Positions 18,684-30,070 are shown, counted from the stretch's first letter. The stretch is DNA of 64,000 nt from an uncultured Acidimicrobiia bacterium (GCA_958295745.1 OY282370.1:1770548-1834547); one strand, 5' to 3'. Notes: generated by a model from the sequence alone, not told the origin. Program-made: numbers and translations.

Positions 18684-19526
18684 ATGCGCTCGAGCACCGG
18701 AAACCGCCTCTGGCGGCCCTACGCGACCGGCATCGCGGAATTCGCAGATCGGGAATCGGCCGCGTATCTGGCGTCCACCCCGCGGGCCGAGGCCAACCGC
18801 AAAGCGGCGGTGGTCCTCATCACCTCCGCCCTCAGCCTCACGATCCTGAACTTCGGCGCCTCGGCCCAACCGTTCTGGTTCGTCACCATGCTGGACGGGC
18901 TGGGCCTCGACGGATGGGCCCGCAGGGCGCGGGAAGCGTTCGAGCTGTCCGACCATGCGCAGCGCAACGGCTTGGTGTTCTGGGGCATCGGACAGATCGT
19001 CTGCTACACCGCCCCGCCCGTCATAGCCATAAAGCTGGTGCTGCGGGAGAAGGTGGGCGCCTACGGGCTCCGGGTCAGGGGGATCGGTCCCCACGCCCCC
19101 GTCTACGGAGTGCTGCTCGCCGTCTCGGTCCCGTTCGCGGCGGCGGCCTCGTACACCCCTGCCTTCCAGGCCAAATACCCCTTCTACGACCTGGCCGCCG
19201 GGGAAGGGCTCTGGCCGAACATGGCGCTGTGGTGGGTGATCTACGGGCTCCAGTTCCTCGCCCTCGAGTTCTTCTTCCGGGGGTTCATGATCCATGGACT
19301 GAGCGGCCGGCTCGGGTACATGGCGGTGTTCGTCATGGTCGTCCCCTACAACATGCTCCACTACGGGAAGCCGATGGCCGAGGCCCTTGCGGCCATCGTC
19401 GGAGGGATCGTTCTCGGGTCGTTGTCTCTGCGGAGCCGTTCGATCTGGTGGGGGGCGGCGGTCCATGTGGGGGTGGCGGGTGTCATGGATGTGGCCGCTC
19501 TCGTCCACAAGGGGTTCCTGCCGTGA
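18684..19526 (+). CDS. CPBP (type II CAAX) intramembrane protease
   Basis: LEFFFRG, HYGKP, and H...D motifs within transmembrane segments. Confidence 0.85.
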   Translation: MRSSTGNRLWRPYATGIAEFADRESAAYLASTPRAEANRKAAVVLITSALSLTILNFGASAQPFWFVTMLDGLGLDGWARRAREAFELSDHAQRNGLVFWGIGQIVCYTAPPVIAIKLVLREKVGAYGLRVRGIGPHAPVYGVLLAVSVPFAAAASYTPAFQAKYPFYDLAAGEGLWPNMALWWVIYGLQFLALEFFFRGFMIHGLSGRLGYMAVFVMVVPYNMLHYGKPMAEALAAIVGGIVLGSLSLRSRSIWWGAAVHVGVAGVMDVAALVHKGFLP

Positions 19527-20308
19527 AGCAGCCCGGACCTCGGCGGGCGGCGGAGGGTTTGGCGGCGGGGGCGGCGGGCGCCGGGCTGGCCTGGTCGGTC
19601 CTGTCTGGTTTGGCGGCGCCGGAGGGTTTGGCGGCGGCCGGAGCGGCGGCGGCCGGCCTCAACGGTTTGATCTCGGGCGCCGCCGGAATCTACGCCTGGC
19701 GGCGGGCCCGGGGGTGGCTGTGCTTCGCGCTCGACTCGACCTGGGGGCTGGCGGGGGCGTCGTCGGGCGTGGTGCTGCATGCCGTCAACCTCTTCTACCC
19801 GGACCGGGCTTATATGGGCCGCATGAGCCGGCGGGCCAACCGCCACGTCTACGAGGGGGGTTTCACCTTCCGGGCCGGTTTCGTGCTGGCTCTGGGCAAT
19901 GTGGTGTCCTGCGGGGGCCGGCGGCGCCGGTATCCCGGGGGCTTCCTATCGGGGTCCTCGCCCGCCGCGGCCCGCCGCCGCAAGCTGGTGGACGTCCACG
20001 AGGGCGCCCATCTGTTCCAGAACCGGGTGTTCGGCCCCTTCTACCCGATCGGGTACGGGGGTTGGATGGTATTGGCCGGTGCGGCGGGGCTGGCGGCCGG
20101 GTCGGCGGCGGTCCTGGCGGCGAGGAGGACGGGCAGACGGGTCAGACTCTGGCCGATCGTGGAGACCTTCGCCTACTACGACAACCCTTTCGAGTACTGG
20201 GCCTACCGGAAGGACGGCAACTGGCCGCCCCCCGGCGCCCACCCCCGCTTCGTCTGGGGCGCCCGCCGGACCCTTCCCGATATGACGTTTCGGGGCGGCG
20301 GCCCCTGA
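19523..20308 (+). CDS. Membrane protein with HExxH motif
   Basis: GTGA overlap with the CPBP gene; VHEGAHLFQ...YYDNPFEYWAY. Confidence 0.6.
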   Translation: MKQPGPRRAAEGLAAGAAGAGLAWSVLSGLAAPEGLAAAGAAAAGLNGLISGAAGIYAWRRARGWLCFALDSTWGLAGASSGVVLHAVNLFYPDRAYMGRMSRRANRHVYEGGFTFRAGFVLALGNVVSCGGRRRRYPGGFLSGSSPAAARRRKLVDVHEGAHLFQNRVFGPFYPIGYGGWMVLAGAAGLAAGSAAVLAARRTGRRVRLWPIVETFAYYDNPFEYWAYRKDGNWPPPGAHPRFVWGARRTLPDMTFRGGGP

Positions 20309-20760
20309 CCGGCCTCCGAGGCCGCGAAAGAAATCGAGCGCTACTCGGCGCGAAGGTATTGGGTTTGTCATAAGTATATAGGATAATAATAGTTACCGAA
20401 GCACAAACATCGTCGTGAGCTTCCGGAGAGGCGGCGATCATCAGCGGATTCTCACCGGTTCGACAATCCTCGGGCCGGAACCGGGCCGCCGCGGCCCGGC
20501 AAGAGTTCCGATGGCGAGAGGTGGAGGTGGGGGCTGGGCCCGGCGGGAGGCGGCCCGGCGGCTGGGGTTTTTCGCGGTCTTGGATGGTTGTGGGGGTTGG
20601 CTTCGGGTACGGAATAGAGCTCGGGCCAGGGTGTTCATGGCGGGAAGGGGGGATTGATGGCGGTGGTTTTTCGCGGTCCCGGCAGGTTCGGGGGTATCGT
20701 CGGGCCAGGCGGTTCGTTCACTTCCATTCCAACGGCGGCGCGGGCGGTACGCTTGGGCAT

Positions 20761-21981
20761 ATGGGAGTATTCAGGACTTTGCGGTCGGTGGTGCGGTTCC
20801 GTTCGTTCGAGCGGGATTCCGACCTGCGGCGCATGCAGCGGGCCGCCAATGTGGATGATCTGCGCCTGATCGCCCGCCGCCGCCTCCCGCGCGGTGTCTT
20901 CGACTACATCGACGGGGCCGCCGAGGACGAGATCACCATGGATCGGAACCAGGCCGACTACCGCAGCTGGGAGTTCGCGCCCGCCGTGCTCCGGGACGTG
21001 GGGCGCATCGATACGTCCGCCGAGCTGCTGGGAAAGCCTTTGCCCTTCCCTCTGGTGCTGGCGCCCACCGGTTTCACTCGGATTGTCGAACCTCCCGGGG
21101 AGCTGTCGGTGGCCAGGGCGGCCGCCCGCCGGGGGATACCCTACGCCCTCTCGACGCTGGGAACCCGCTCCATCGAAGAGGTGGCGGAGGCCGGGGCCGG
21201 AGGCCGCAACTGGTTCCAGGTCTATGTGTGGAAAGACCGGGGGATGGTCCGCAACATGATAGAACGGGCGGCCGCCGCCGGATACGAGGCGCTGTGCATC
21301 ACGGTCGATCTGGCCGTGCCGGGCCGCCGGGAACGCGACGTACGCAACGGCATGACGCTCCCGCCCAAGCTCGGCCTGGACATGCTGATCGAAGGAATGC
21401 TCAAACCCTCCTGGACCTGGCGTTTCATCACCGCCGATCCCATCACCTTCGCCAACGTGGTGGGGCTCCACGAACAGGACGGCAGCAGTGCGGTGGAGCT
21501 GGCCTCCCTGGTGAACGACCAGTTCGACCCGAGCCTCTCCTGGTCCGACATCGAGTGGTTCCGCTCCCTCTGGGACGGCCCGATCATCATCAAAGGCATC
21601 CAGTCGGTGGCCGACGCCCGCCGGGCCGTCGAGCACGGGGTGGAAGCCATCGCGGTGTCCAACCACGGGGGCCGGCAGCTCGAGGGCGCCCCCACGCCCA
21701 TCGGGCTGATCGAACCCATCGCCCAGGAGGTGGGCGGCTCGGTCGAGATAATATGCGACGGCGGGATCCGCCGGGGATCCGACATCCTCAAGGCGTTGGC
21801 CTTGGGCGCCCGGGCGGTCATGGCCGGCCGGGCCTACCTGTACGGTCTGGGTGCGGGCGGCGAAAAGGGCGTCGATTGGGTGCTCGATTTCCTCGATGAG
21901 GGAATGCGCCGCACCATGGCGCTGGCCGGAGTGCGGTCTCTGGCAGAGGTGAATCGGCAATTGGTGCGCCGCCGCCGTTGA
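20761..21981 (+). CDS. FMN-dependent alpha-hydroxy acid dehydrogenase (LldD-like)
   Basis: FDYIDGAAEDE, SNHGGRQLE, DGGIRRGSD. Confidence 0.9.
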   Translation: MGVFRTLRSVVRFRSFERDSDLRRMQRAANVDDLRLIARRRLPRGVFDYIDGAAEDEITMDRNQADYRSWEFAPAVLRDVGRIDTSAELLGKPLPFPLVLAPTGFTRIVEPPGELSVARAAARRGIPYALSTLGTRSIEEVAEAGAGGRNWFQVYVWKDRGMVRNMIERAAAAGYEALCITVDLAVPGRRERDVRNGMTLPPKLGLDMLIEGMLKPSWTWRFITADPITFANVVGLHEQDGSSAVELASLVNDQFDPSLSWSDIEWFRSLWDGPIIIKGIQSVADARRAVEHGVEAIAVSNHGGRQLEGAPTPIGLIEPIAQEVGGSVEIICDGGIRRGSDILKALALGARAVMAGRAYLYGLGAGGEKGVDWVLDFLDEGMRRTMALAGVRSLAEVNRQLVRRRR

Positions 21982-22104
21982 TTCCCCGACGGCGAAAGCG
22001 CCTGCGAACCTGTCACCGCGGCGGTGAACCGGGAGTCCGTCCGGTCCCGTCTTTTGATTGCGATACCCCAACTGAATCCGATACCCCTACTGAAAGGAGG
22101 GCAT

Positions 22105-24285
22105 GTGACCGTCGAAGATGCCGTAGAGATAGAAGGATTGACCGTTGCCGGGGAGCTGCACCGGTTCATATCCGAAGAGGCCTTGCCGGGCAGCGGCGTG
22201 GACCCCGCCCGTTTCTGGAGAGGTCTGTCCGGCCTGATCCACGAGATGGGCCCCCGGAACCGCTCCCTGCTGGAACGCCGGGTCGAGCTCCAGACGCAGA
22301 TCGACGACTGGCACCGCCGGAACCGGGGTTCGCCCTTCGACACCGCCTCCTACCGGACCTTCCTGGAGGAGATCGGCTACCTCGAGCCGGAGGGAGAGGA
22401 CTTCGCCGTCGACACCGCCGGCGTCGACGAAGAGATAGCCTCGGTGTCCGGCCCCCAGCTGGTGGTCCCGGTGATGAACGCCCGGTTCGCCATCAACGCC
22501 GCCAACTCCCGGTGGGTTTCCCTCTACGACGCCCTGTACGGCACGGACGCCCTCGGTGACCGCCCCCCGCCCGGACCCTACGACCCCGACCGGGGCCGCC
22601 GGGTCATCGACTGGTGCCGCCGCTTCCTGGACGACGTTTGCCCCCTCGTCGGCGGGTCTCACCTGAACGCCGCCGGGTATACGGTGGAGGGCGGCGAGCT
22701 GGTCGTGCACCAGGACGAGGGGCCGCCGGCGCGGCTGAGCAGCCCATCGCAGCTGGCCGGCTGCTCCGGAGACCCGGAATCCCCGGCCTCGATCCTGCTC
22801 CGCAACCACGGCCTGCACATCGATATCGTGATCGACCGCGGGCATCCGGTGGGCGCCGCCGACCGAGCAGGGGTGGCCAACATCGTCATGGAGGCGGCCG
22901 TCACCACCATCATGGACCTCGAGGATTCCATCGCCGCCGTCGACGCCGCCGACAAGGCGGCCGCCTACCGCAACTGGCTCGGCCTCACCAAGGGGGACCT
23001 GACCGCCGAGATGACCAAGGGCGGGGTTGCCTTCACCCGCCGGATGGTCCAAGACCGCCGGTACACGGGGGTCGAGGGAGAGACGTTCGTCCTGTCGGGG
23101 CGCTCGTTGATGCTGGTTCGCAATGTCGGGCACCTGATGACCACCCCGGCGGTGCTGGACCGGGCCGGGAACGAGGCTTACGAGGGCCTCCTCGACGCGG
23201 CGGTCACCGCCTTGATCGCCTGTCACGACCTGCGGGGCGATGTCTCCTTCCGCAACTCCCGGACCGGGTCTTTCTACGTGGTGAAGCCCAAGATGCACGG
23301 ACCCGCCGAGGCTGCTTTCACGGGGGAGGTGTTCGACCGGGTGGAGGCGGTGCTCGGCCTTCCGCCCAACACGGTCAAGATCGGCCTCATGGACGAGGAG
23401 CGCCGCACCACCCTCAACCTCCGGGAGTGCATCAGGGCGGTCCGCTCGCGGCTGGTGTTCATAAACACCGGCTTCCTGGACCGCACCGGCGACGAGATAC
23501 ACACCTCCATGGAGGCCGGTCCGATGGTCCGCAAGACCGATATGGCAGACCAGCCCTGGATGGCGGCCTACGAGGATTGGAACGTGGACGTGGGCTTGGC
23601 CTGCGGGCTGCGGGGGCGGGCCCAGATCGGCAAGGGAATGTGGGCGGCCCCCGACCTCATGGGCGCCATGCTCGAACAGAAGATAGACCACCCGAAGGCG
23701 GGGGCGAGCTGCGCCTGGGTTCCGTCCCCCACCGCGGCCGCTCTGCACGCCACCCACTACCACCGGGTGGACGCGGCCGCCCGCCAGGACGAGCTGGCCG
23801 ACCGGCCGCCCCGTTCCCTCGGTGAGCTGCTGAGCATTCCGGTTGCCTCCGAACCCGACTGGAGCGCCGAGGAGATCGCCGCCGAGCTGGACAACAACGC
23901 CCAGGGGATCCTCGGGTACGTGGTGCGGTGGGTCGATCAGGGCATCGGCTGCTCCAAGGTCCCCGACATAGACGACGTGGCTCTCATGGAGGACCGGGCC
24001 ACCTGCCGGATATCTTCCCAGCACATCGCCAACTGGCTCCATCACGGGGTGGTGGACCGCGATCAGGTGATGGAGACCATGAAGCGGATGGCCGAGGTGG
24101 TGGACGTCCAGAACGCCGGCGACGAGGCCTACACGCCGATGGCGCCGGGCTTCGACGGTCCGGCCTTCCTGGCCGCCTGTGACCTGGTGTTCGAAGGGGT
24201 GGAGCAGCCCTCCGGTTACACCGAACCCATCCTCCACGCCCGCCGCGCCGAGCTCAAACGGGGGGCGCCCGGCGCCGGGTCGTAA
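22105..24285 (+). CDS. glcB: Malate synthase G
   Basis: [54 protein letters not shown]. Confidence 0.97.
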   Translation: MTVEDAVEIEGLTVAGELHRFISEEALPGSGVDPARFWRGLSGLIHEMGPRNRSLLERRVELQTQIDDWHRRNRGSPFDTASYRTFLEEIGYLEPEGEDFAVDTAGVDEEIASVSGPQLVVPVMNARFAINAANSRWVSLYDALYGTDALGDRPPPGPYDPDRGRRVIDWCRRFLDDVCPLVGGSHLNAAGYTVEGGELVVHQDEGPPARLSSPSQLAGCSGDPESPASILLRNHGLHIDIVIDRGHPVGAADRAGVANIVMEAAVTTIMDLEDSIAAVDAADKAAAYRNWLGLTKGDLTAEMTKGGVAFTRRMVQDRRYTGVEGETFVLSGRSLMLVRNVGHLMTTPAVLDRAGNEAYEGLLDAAVTALIACHDLRGDVSFRNSRTGSFYVVKPKMHGPAEAAFTGEVFDRVEAVLGLPPNTVKIGLMDEERRTTLNLRECIRAVRSRLVFINTGFLDRTGDEIHTSMEAGPMVRKTDMADQPWMAAYEDWNVDVGLACGLRGRAQIGKGMWAAPDLMGAMLEQKIDHPKAGASCAWVPSPTAAALHATHYHRVDAAARQDELADRPPRSLGELLSIPVASEPDWSAEEIAAELDNNAQGILGYVVRWVDQGIGCSKVPDIDDVALMEDRATCRISSQHIANWLHHGVVDRDQVMETMKRMAEVVDVQNAGDEAYTPMAPGFDGPAFLAACDLVFEGVEQPSGYTEPILHARRAELKRGAPGAGS

Positions 24286-24340
24286 CCCTCCGCCGTCGAC
24301 CATATACTCAGGAGTCCCCGTCTAGGAAGAGGTTCCGATC

Positions 24341-26398
24341 ATGTCCTACGCCGTATCGATCACCGCTTTGGCGGCCGGCGCCGCGGCCATCGTCTTGGCG
24401 GTCTACTACGCCCGGGTGGTGCTGGCCGCTGATCAGGGAAACGACCGCATGAAGGAACTGTCGGCGGCCATCCGCGCGGGCGCCGACGCCTTCATGAGGC
24501 GTGAATACACCTGGGTGGCGGTGTTCGTGGTGGTCATGGCGGTGCTCATCTCCGTCGTCCTTCCATGGGGCGCCCCCTGGGGTTCCATCGCCTATGTCTT
24601 CGGGGCGGTGCTGTCGGCGGGGGCCGGCTTCGCGGGAATGCGGATCGCCACCGCCGCCAACAGCCGCACCGCCGAGGCGGCCCGTCAGGGCGGGGTGAAG
24701 CAGGCCCTTCCGGTGGCCTTCCGGGGCGGGGCGGTGATGGGTTTCTGCGTGGCCGGCCTGGGTCTGCTGGGGGTGGCGCTCGGTTACCTGGTGTTCGTGG
24801 AGCTGCTCGACATCGCCGACTCCGACCGCTACAACATCATCGCCGCCATCGGGTTGGGCGGATCGTCGATCGCCCTGTTCGCCCGGGTGGGGGGCGGCAT
24901 CTACACCAAGGCGGCGGACGTAGGCGCCGACCTGGTGGGCAAGGTCGAGGCGGGTATACCCGAGGACGACCCCCGCAACCCGGCGGTCATCGCCGACAAC
25001 GTGGGCGACAACGTGGGGGATGTGGCGGGTATGGGCGCCGACCTCTTCGAGTCCTATGTGGGGTCGATAGTGGCGCCCATCGCCTACGCGGCCATCGTCT
25101 TCGCCGGCAGCAGCTTCGCGGTCGAGGTCATCGTGTTCCCGCTGGCGGTGGCGGCGGTGGGGATGCTGGCGGCCATCATCGGCTCCTTCTTCGTGCGGGT
25201 CACCGGCAACAAACTGGCCGCCGCCCTGCACCGCGGCAACAACGTGGCGGTGGTGCTCACCATCATCGGCACCTTTATCCTCACCAACTCGATCTTCGGC
25301 GGCAGCGGGGTGGACAACCCCTACGGCCTGGCCCTGGCGGTGCTGGTGGGCTTGGTGGTGGGCCTGGTGGTGGGAAAGATCTCGGAGATATTCACCTCCG
25401 ACCACTACCGGACGGTCAAGGAGATAGCCCGCCAGTCCGAGACCGGCCCGGCTACGGTGGTCCTCGCCGGGGTGGCGGAAGGGATGCGCTCGGCCGCCTT
25501 CTCGGTGATCGTGGTGGCGGCCGGGATCGCGGGCGCCTACGCGGCGGGGGACTGGGCGATCGGAGACGGGGGCGGTATATACGGGGTGGCGATTGCCGCC
25601 ATCGGGGTGCTCTCCACCCTCGGCATCACCGTGGCCGTCGACGCCTACGGGCCGATCGCCGACAACGCGGGCGGCATCGCCGAGATGGCCCACCTGCCCC
25701 CCGAGGTGCGGGAAGCCACCGACGAGCTGGACTCCCTCGGCAACACCACCGCCGCCCTGGGCAAGGGGTTCGCCATCGCCTCGGCGGCCGTCACCGCCCT
25801 GGCCCTGTTCGCCGCCTTCACCCAGGCGGTGGGGCTGGATGCGATCGACATCACCAACGTGGGCGCCATCGTCGGCCTCTTCCTCGGGGCCATGTTCCCG
25901 TTCCTGTTCGCGGCGCTGACCATCAAGGCGGTGGGGCGGGCGGCCTTCCAGATGATCGAGGAGGTGCGGCGCCAGTTCCGCGACATCCCCGGGCTGCTGG
26001 CCGGCGATCCGGAGGCCAAGCCCGAATACACCAAGACCGTCGATATCGCCACCGGGGCCGCCCTGCGGGAGATGATCGTTCCGGGGGCTCTGGCCGTTGC
26101 GCTGCCCCTGGCGGTGGGCTTCGTGGACGTGGAAGCCCTGGGCGGTTTCCTGGCGGGGGCGCTGGTGACCGGTTTCCTGCTGGCCATCTTCATGGCCAAC
26201 GCCGGGGGGGCGTGGGACAACGCCAAGAAGTACATCGAGGCGGGGGCCTTCGGCGGCAAGGGCTCCGAGCAGCACAAGGCGGCGGTGATCGGCGACACGG
26301 TGGGGGACCCGTTCAAGGACACCTCGGGCCCGGCGATGAACATCGTCATCAAGGTGATGACCATCGTTTCCCTGATCTTCGCCGCCGCTTTCATCTGA
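24341..26398 (+). CDS. hppA: Membrane ion-translocating pyrophosphatase, K+-dependent type (probably Na+-pumping)
   Basis: DVGADLVGKVE and DNVGDNVGD motifs. GNTTAA (Ala, not Lys) marks the K+-dependent class. Confidence 0.95.
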   Translation: MSYAVSITALAAGAAAIVLAVYYARVVLAADQGNDRMKELSAAIRAGADAFMRREYTWVAVFVVVMAVLISVVLPWGAPWGSIAYVFGAVLSAGAGFAGMRIATAANSRTAEAARQGGVKQALPVAFRGGAVMGFCVAGLGLLGVALGYLVFVELLDIADSDRYNIIAAIGLGGSSIALFARVGGGIYTKAADVGADLVGKVEAGIPEDDPRNPAVIADNVGDNVGDVAGMGADLFESYVGSIVAPIAYAAIVFAGSSFAVEVIVFPLAVAAVGMLAAIIGSFFVRVTGNKLAAALHRGNNVAVVLTIIGTFILTNSIFGGSGVDNPYGLALAVLVGLVVGLVVGKISEIFTSDHYRTVKEIARQSETGPATVVLAGVAEGMRSAAFSVIVVAAGIAGAYAAGDWAIGDGGGIYGVAIAAIGVLSTLGITVAVDAYGPIADNAGGIAEMAHLPPEVREATDELDSLGNTTAALGKGFAIASAAVTALALFAAFTQAVGLDAIDITNVGAIVGLFLGAMFPFLFAALTIKAVGRAAFQMIEEVRRQFRDIPGLLAGDPEAKPEYTKTVDIATGAALREMIVPGALAVALPLAVGFVDVEALGGFLAGALVTGFLLAIFMANAGGAWDNAKKYIEAGAFGGKGSEQHKAAVIGDTVGDPFKDTSGPAMNIVIKVMTIVSLIFAAAFI

Positions 26399-26527
26399 GC
26401 GCATCTGGGCGGGTTTCCTGAGCGTGACACCTGTGCGTGACGCCGGTTCGCCGGCCTCGTCCGGCGGGCGGTTCGGGATAGGCGGACCGGCCCTCGGCGG
26501 CAGTGCGCCCGCCGCGGAAGGACGATC

Positions 26528-27766
26528 TTGGCCAGACATGTGACCCTGATGCGCCACGGCCAGTCCGAAGCCAACGCCGGTCATATCTGGCAGGGCGCCG
26601 GCTCTTCGCCCCTCACCGCCGAGGGCAGGCGCCAAGCCGAGCGGGCAGGGGCGAGGCTGGCCCGGCGGCGGTGGACGGTGGTCGAATCCTCGGATCTGGG
26701 GCGCAGCGCCGACACCGCCCGGGCGGCGGGTTTCGAGCCGCGGCAGAACCCGCTCTGGCGGGAGGGGGACATCGGCGAGTGGGAGGGTCTGTCCGGGGAG
26801 GTGGTCCTGGCCCGCTACGCCGACCAGCTGAAACGAATCCACCTCGACCCCGAGGCGAAGCTGGGGGTAACCGGCGAATCCCCCAGGCAGGTCGCCGACC
26901 GGGCCTGGGAAGCATTCCACGATCTGGCCGCCCGGCTCGACGACGGCCAATCCGCCCTGGTCGTGACCCACGCCGGGCTGCTCGACGCCTTGTTCGGGCG
27001 TCTGCTGGAGCTCCCGGCCGGGCATCGGCGGCTCGGGCTTCTGGAGAACACCGCCTTCTGCGAGGTGACCTTCGGGGAGAGGGGTCCGATGATCCGCCGC
27101 TACAACGACGCCGCCCATCTGGGTCCGGTATCCCGCATGCTCGAGTATCTGCGCAGCAGGGAACCCTCGGTGCTGGTCGAGATGATCCGGCACGGGGTGA
27201 CCCTCTCCAACCTGGAAGGCAGGGTGCAGGGGCAGAGCGACCGGGGCCTGCATCCCAAGGGCCGCACGGAAGCCCGGTTGCTGGGCGAATGGATCGGGGA
27301 GGTGGACGAGGTGTATTCGTCTCCGCTGGGGAGGGCCGTGGCCACCGCCGAGACAGCGTTCGGCAGGCGGCCGATTCCGGCCCGCGGCCTGATGGAGATC
27401 GACTTGGGCGAGTGGGAAGGAGAGCTGTGGGAGGACTTGCGGGCGGCGGGCCGCCTCGACGGGTATCTCGGCAACGTCCAAGACTTCCGCAGGGGCGGCA
27501 CCGGCGAGACCTGGGTGGAGGTTCGGGAGAGGATGGCCGCCTTCATGGAGACCCTGGGCCGGACCCATCCGGGCGGCCGGGTGGCGGCCGCCTCCCACGG
27601 AGGCGCCATCAGGACCTACGCGGCGGAGATACTCGGCCTCGGATACCAGAAGGCCAGGAAGATGCTCAGCCCGCTGGCCAACACCTCGGTGACCCAGGTG
27701 TGGATGCCGTCGGACCGGGCGCCGATGCTCTCCACCTACAACGTGGCCGGCCATCTCGAAGGCTGA
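26528..27766 (+). CDS. Histidine phosphatase with two tandem domains
   Basis: Two RHG motifs (MRHGQS, IRHGVT), each followed by SSxLGR and (T/S)H(A/G)G. Confidence 0.85.
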   Translation: MARHVTLMRHGQSEANAGHIWQGAGSSPLTAEGRRQAERAGARLARRRWTVVESSDLGRSADTARAAGFEPRQNPLWREGDIGEWEGLSGEVVLARYADQLKRIHLDPEAKLGVTGESPRQVADRAWEAFHDLAARLDDGQSALVVTHAGLLDALFGRLLELPAGHRRLGLLENTAFCEVTFGERGPMIRRYNDAAHLGPVSRMLEYLRSREPSVLVEMIRHGVTLSNLEGRVQGQSDRGLHPKGRTEARLLGEWIGEVDEVYSSPLGRAVATAETAFGRRPIPARGLMEIDLGEWEGELWEDLRAAGRLDGYLGNVQDFRRGGTGETWVEVRERMAAFMETLGRTHPGGRVAAASHGGAIRTYAAEILGLGYQKARKMLSPLANTSVTQVWMPSDRAPMLSTYNVAGHLEG

Positions 27767-27786
27767 ACTCGCTACCGTGGACGCCC

Positions 27787-28869
27787 ATGCGGGCGTTGCT
27801 GGTAACCAACGACTACCCCCCCAAGGCGGGAGGAATCCAGCAATATCTGTCGAACCTGGTGGGCTGTTCCGAGGCCCGTTTCCGGGTGCTGGCGCCGGAC
27901 CACCCCGGAGCGCCGTCCGACCCTGATGTGGTGCGCGGTCCGGCCTCATTCATGCTGCCCACCCCCCGGATCTACCGCTGGTTGACCGGCCAGATCAGGG
28001 ACTTCGAGCCGGAGGTGGTGGTGTTCGGAGCGCCCCATCCGCTCGCCCAGCTCGGACCGAGGCTCGCCCGGAGGTTCGGGGTTCCCTATGCGGTGATAGC
28101 GCACGGGGCGGAGGTGACCCTGCCCAGTGCGGTTCCGATCCTGCGCCAGATACTGGGCCGGACCTTCCGCAGCGCCTCGCTGGTGTTCACGGTGTCGGCT
28201 TACACCGCCCGCAAGGCGGCGGCGATGGGGGCGGCGAAGGTCTCGGTGCTGGGCGCAGGGGTGGATCTCGAGGAGTTCCGCCCCGCGGAGCTCACGGCAG
28301 GCCGGAGGGGAGGCGGGGAAAGGCTCGTGCTGGGGTGTATCTCCCGGTTCGTTCCCCGCAAGGGCCACCGGCGGGTGCTGGCGGCCGCCGAGCGGCTCCG
28401 GGAAGAAGGGCTGCCGGTGGAGGTGCTGCTGGCAGGCCAGGGCCGCCTCGAAGCCCGCATCAGGCGGCGGGCGGCCCGGTCGCCGGTTCCGGTGCGGGTG
28501 GAGTCGGACGTACCGTGGGGGCGGCTCCCGGATCTGTATCGGTTCTGTCACATCTTCGTGATGCCGGCCCGCTCCCGCCGGTTGGGTCTGGAGGTGGAGG
28601 GCCTGGGCATCGTGTACCTGGAGGCTTCGGCCACCGGGATACCGGTGGTGGCCGGAACGTCCGGAGGCGCCCCCGAGACGGTGGTCCCGGACGTGACGGG
28701 TTACATAGCCGCGTCGGTGGATGAGATTGTCGAGGCGGTGCGCCTGATCGCCCCCCGCCGGGAAGAGATGGGGGCGGCGGCCCGGGCCAGGGCGTTGGCT
28801 CTCTACTCGTGGAAGGCGGCGGCCGGACGCTTCGACGAAGGCCTGGCCGGGGTGGTCGGAGGCGGCTGA
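27787..28869 (+). CDS. GT4 glycosyltransferase, PimB'-like mannosyltransferase
   Basis: LLVTNDYPPKAGGIQ and EGLGIVYLEASATG. Confidence 0.85.
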   Translation: MRALLVTNDYPPKAGGIQQYLSNLVGCSEARFRVLAPDHPGAPSDPDVVRGPASFMLPTPRIYRWLTGQIRDFEPEVVVFGAPHPLAQLGPRLARRFGVPYAVIAHGAEVTLPSAVPILRQILGRTFRSASLVFTVSAYTARKAAAMGAAKVSVLGAGVDLEEFRPAELTAGRRGGGERLVLGCISRFVPRKGHRRVLAAAERLREEGLPVEVLLAGQGRLEARIRRRAARSPVPVRVESDVPWGRLPDLYRFCHIFVMPARSRRLGLEVEGLGIVYLEASATGIPVVAGTSGGAPETVVPDVTGYIAASVDEIVEAVRLIAPRREEMGAAARARALALYSWKAAAGRFDEGLAGVVGGG

Positions 28870-28919
28870 ACCCGGTTACCCTGGGATGCCGCAAGGGACG
28901 ATTTCCGAGGAGGAAGCTG

Positions 28920-29885
28920 ATGCGTGCAATCGTGGTCCGCCGGTTGGGCGGCCCCGAGGTGCTGGTGGCCGAAGAGGTGGACGAACCGGTTCCGGGGCCG
29001 GGAGAGGCCGTGGTCGAGGTGGCGGCGGCCGGCCTCAACTTCATAGACACCTATCACCGGAGCGGCCTCTACCCGGTCGGTTTGCCATTCACTCCGGGGC
29101 TGGAAGCGTCCGGGACGGTGGTTGCGGCGGGTTCGGAGGTCACCTGTGCGGCGGAGGGGGACCGGGTGGCCTTCTGCACGTCCCTCGGCGCCTATGCGGA
29201 GCGGACGGTCGTGCCGGCCGACCGGCTGGTTCCGGTTCCCGGCGGCATTTCCCTGGACAACGCGGCGGCGGTCATGCTGCAGGGCCTCACCGCCCACTAT
29301 CTGGCGACGGATACCTACCCGCTGGACAGCGGATCGACCTGCCTGGTTCACGCCGGCGCGGGCGGGGTGGGCCTGCTTCTCACCCAGATGGCCAAGCGGT
29401 TGGGGGCCGTCGTCTACACCACCGTGGGAACCGATGCCAAGGCGGAGATCTCAGAGGCCGCCGGGGCCGATCATGTGATCGTCTACAGCCGGGAGGACTT
29501 CGCCGAACGGGTGCGGGAGATCGGGGGTGAGCGGCCTTTCGACGTGATATACGACGGGGTGGGGAAGGCTACCGTACCGGCCGGATTCGGACTGCTCCGG
29601 CGGCGGGGCACGATGGCCGCCTTCGGGAACGCGTCCGGTGCGGTGGAACCGGTCGATCCATTGGTGCTCAGCTCCCACGGTTCCCTGTTCTTCACCCGGC
29701 CCACCCTGTTCGACCATGTAGCGGCCAGGTCCGAGCTCCTGGCCCGGTCCGCGCAGCTCTTCGAATGGATGCGGGACGGCTTGTCGGTGCGGATCGGCGC
29801 CCGCTTCCCCCTCGGGGAGGTTCAGGAGGCTCACCGGGCGTTGGAGGGCCGGAAAACCACCGGCAAGGTGCTCATCCGGCCATAG
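28920..29885 (+). CDS. qor: NADPH:quinone oxidoreductase (Qor family)
   Basis: GLNFIDTY, LQGLTAHYL, HAGAGGVG, YDGVGK. Confidence 0.85.
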   Translation: MRAIVVRRLGGPEVLVAEEVDEPVPGPGEAVVEVAAAGLNFIDTYHRSGLYPVGLPFTPGLEASGTVVAAGSEVTCAAEGDRVAFCTSLGAYAERTVVPADRLVPVPGGISLDNAAAVMLQGLTAHYLATDTYPLDSGSTCLVHAGAGGVGLLLTQMAKRLGAVVYTTVGTDAKAEISEAAGADHVIVYSREDFAERVREIGGERPFDVIYDGVGKATVPAGFGLLRRRGTMAAFGNASGAVEPVDPLVLSSHGSLFFTRPTLFDHVAARSELLARSAQLFEWMRDGLSVRIGARFPLGEVQEAHRALEGRKTTGKVLIRP

Positions 29886-30070
29886 ACATAGTAAAACAGC
29901 GCCGCCCGCGGGGGGTCGGATCCGGCTCGGACGGATCGGGTTCGGAGCTTCTTTCCCCGGCGTCTGGGGTTCCGGCGGACCGGCGCGGATGACATGCGGA
30001 GAGTATCCTGAGCGGCGAACATGACATCGGATTACACATCCTGCCTTCCTGATTCCCGGCGGCGTATGTA

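Noticed and set aside
24308..27949. 1213-aa minus-strand ORF and other long antisense ORFs (e.g. 22087-24303, 43445-46039, 58864-61194)
   Set aside because: Shadow frames of well-supported opposite-strand genes, expected in high-GC DNA, with no motifs.
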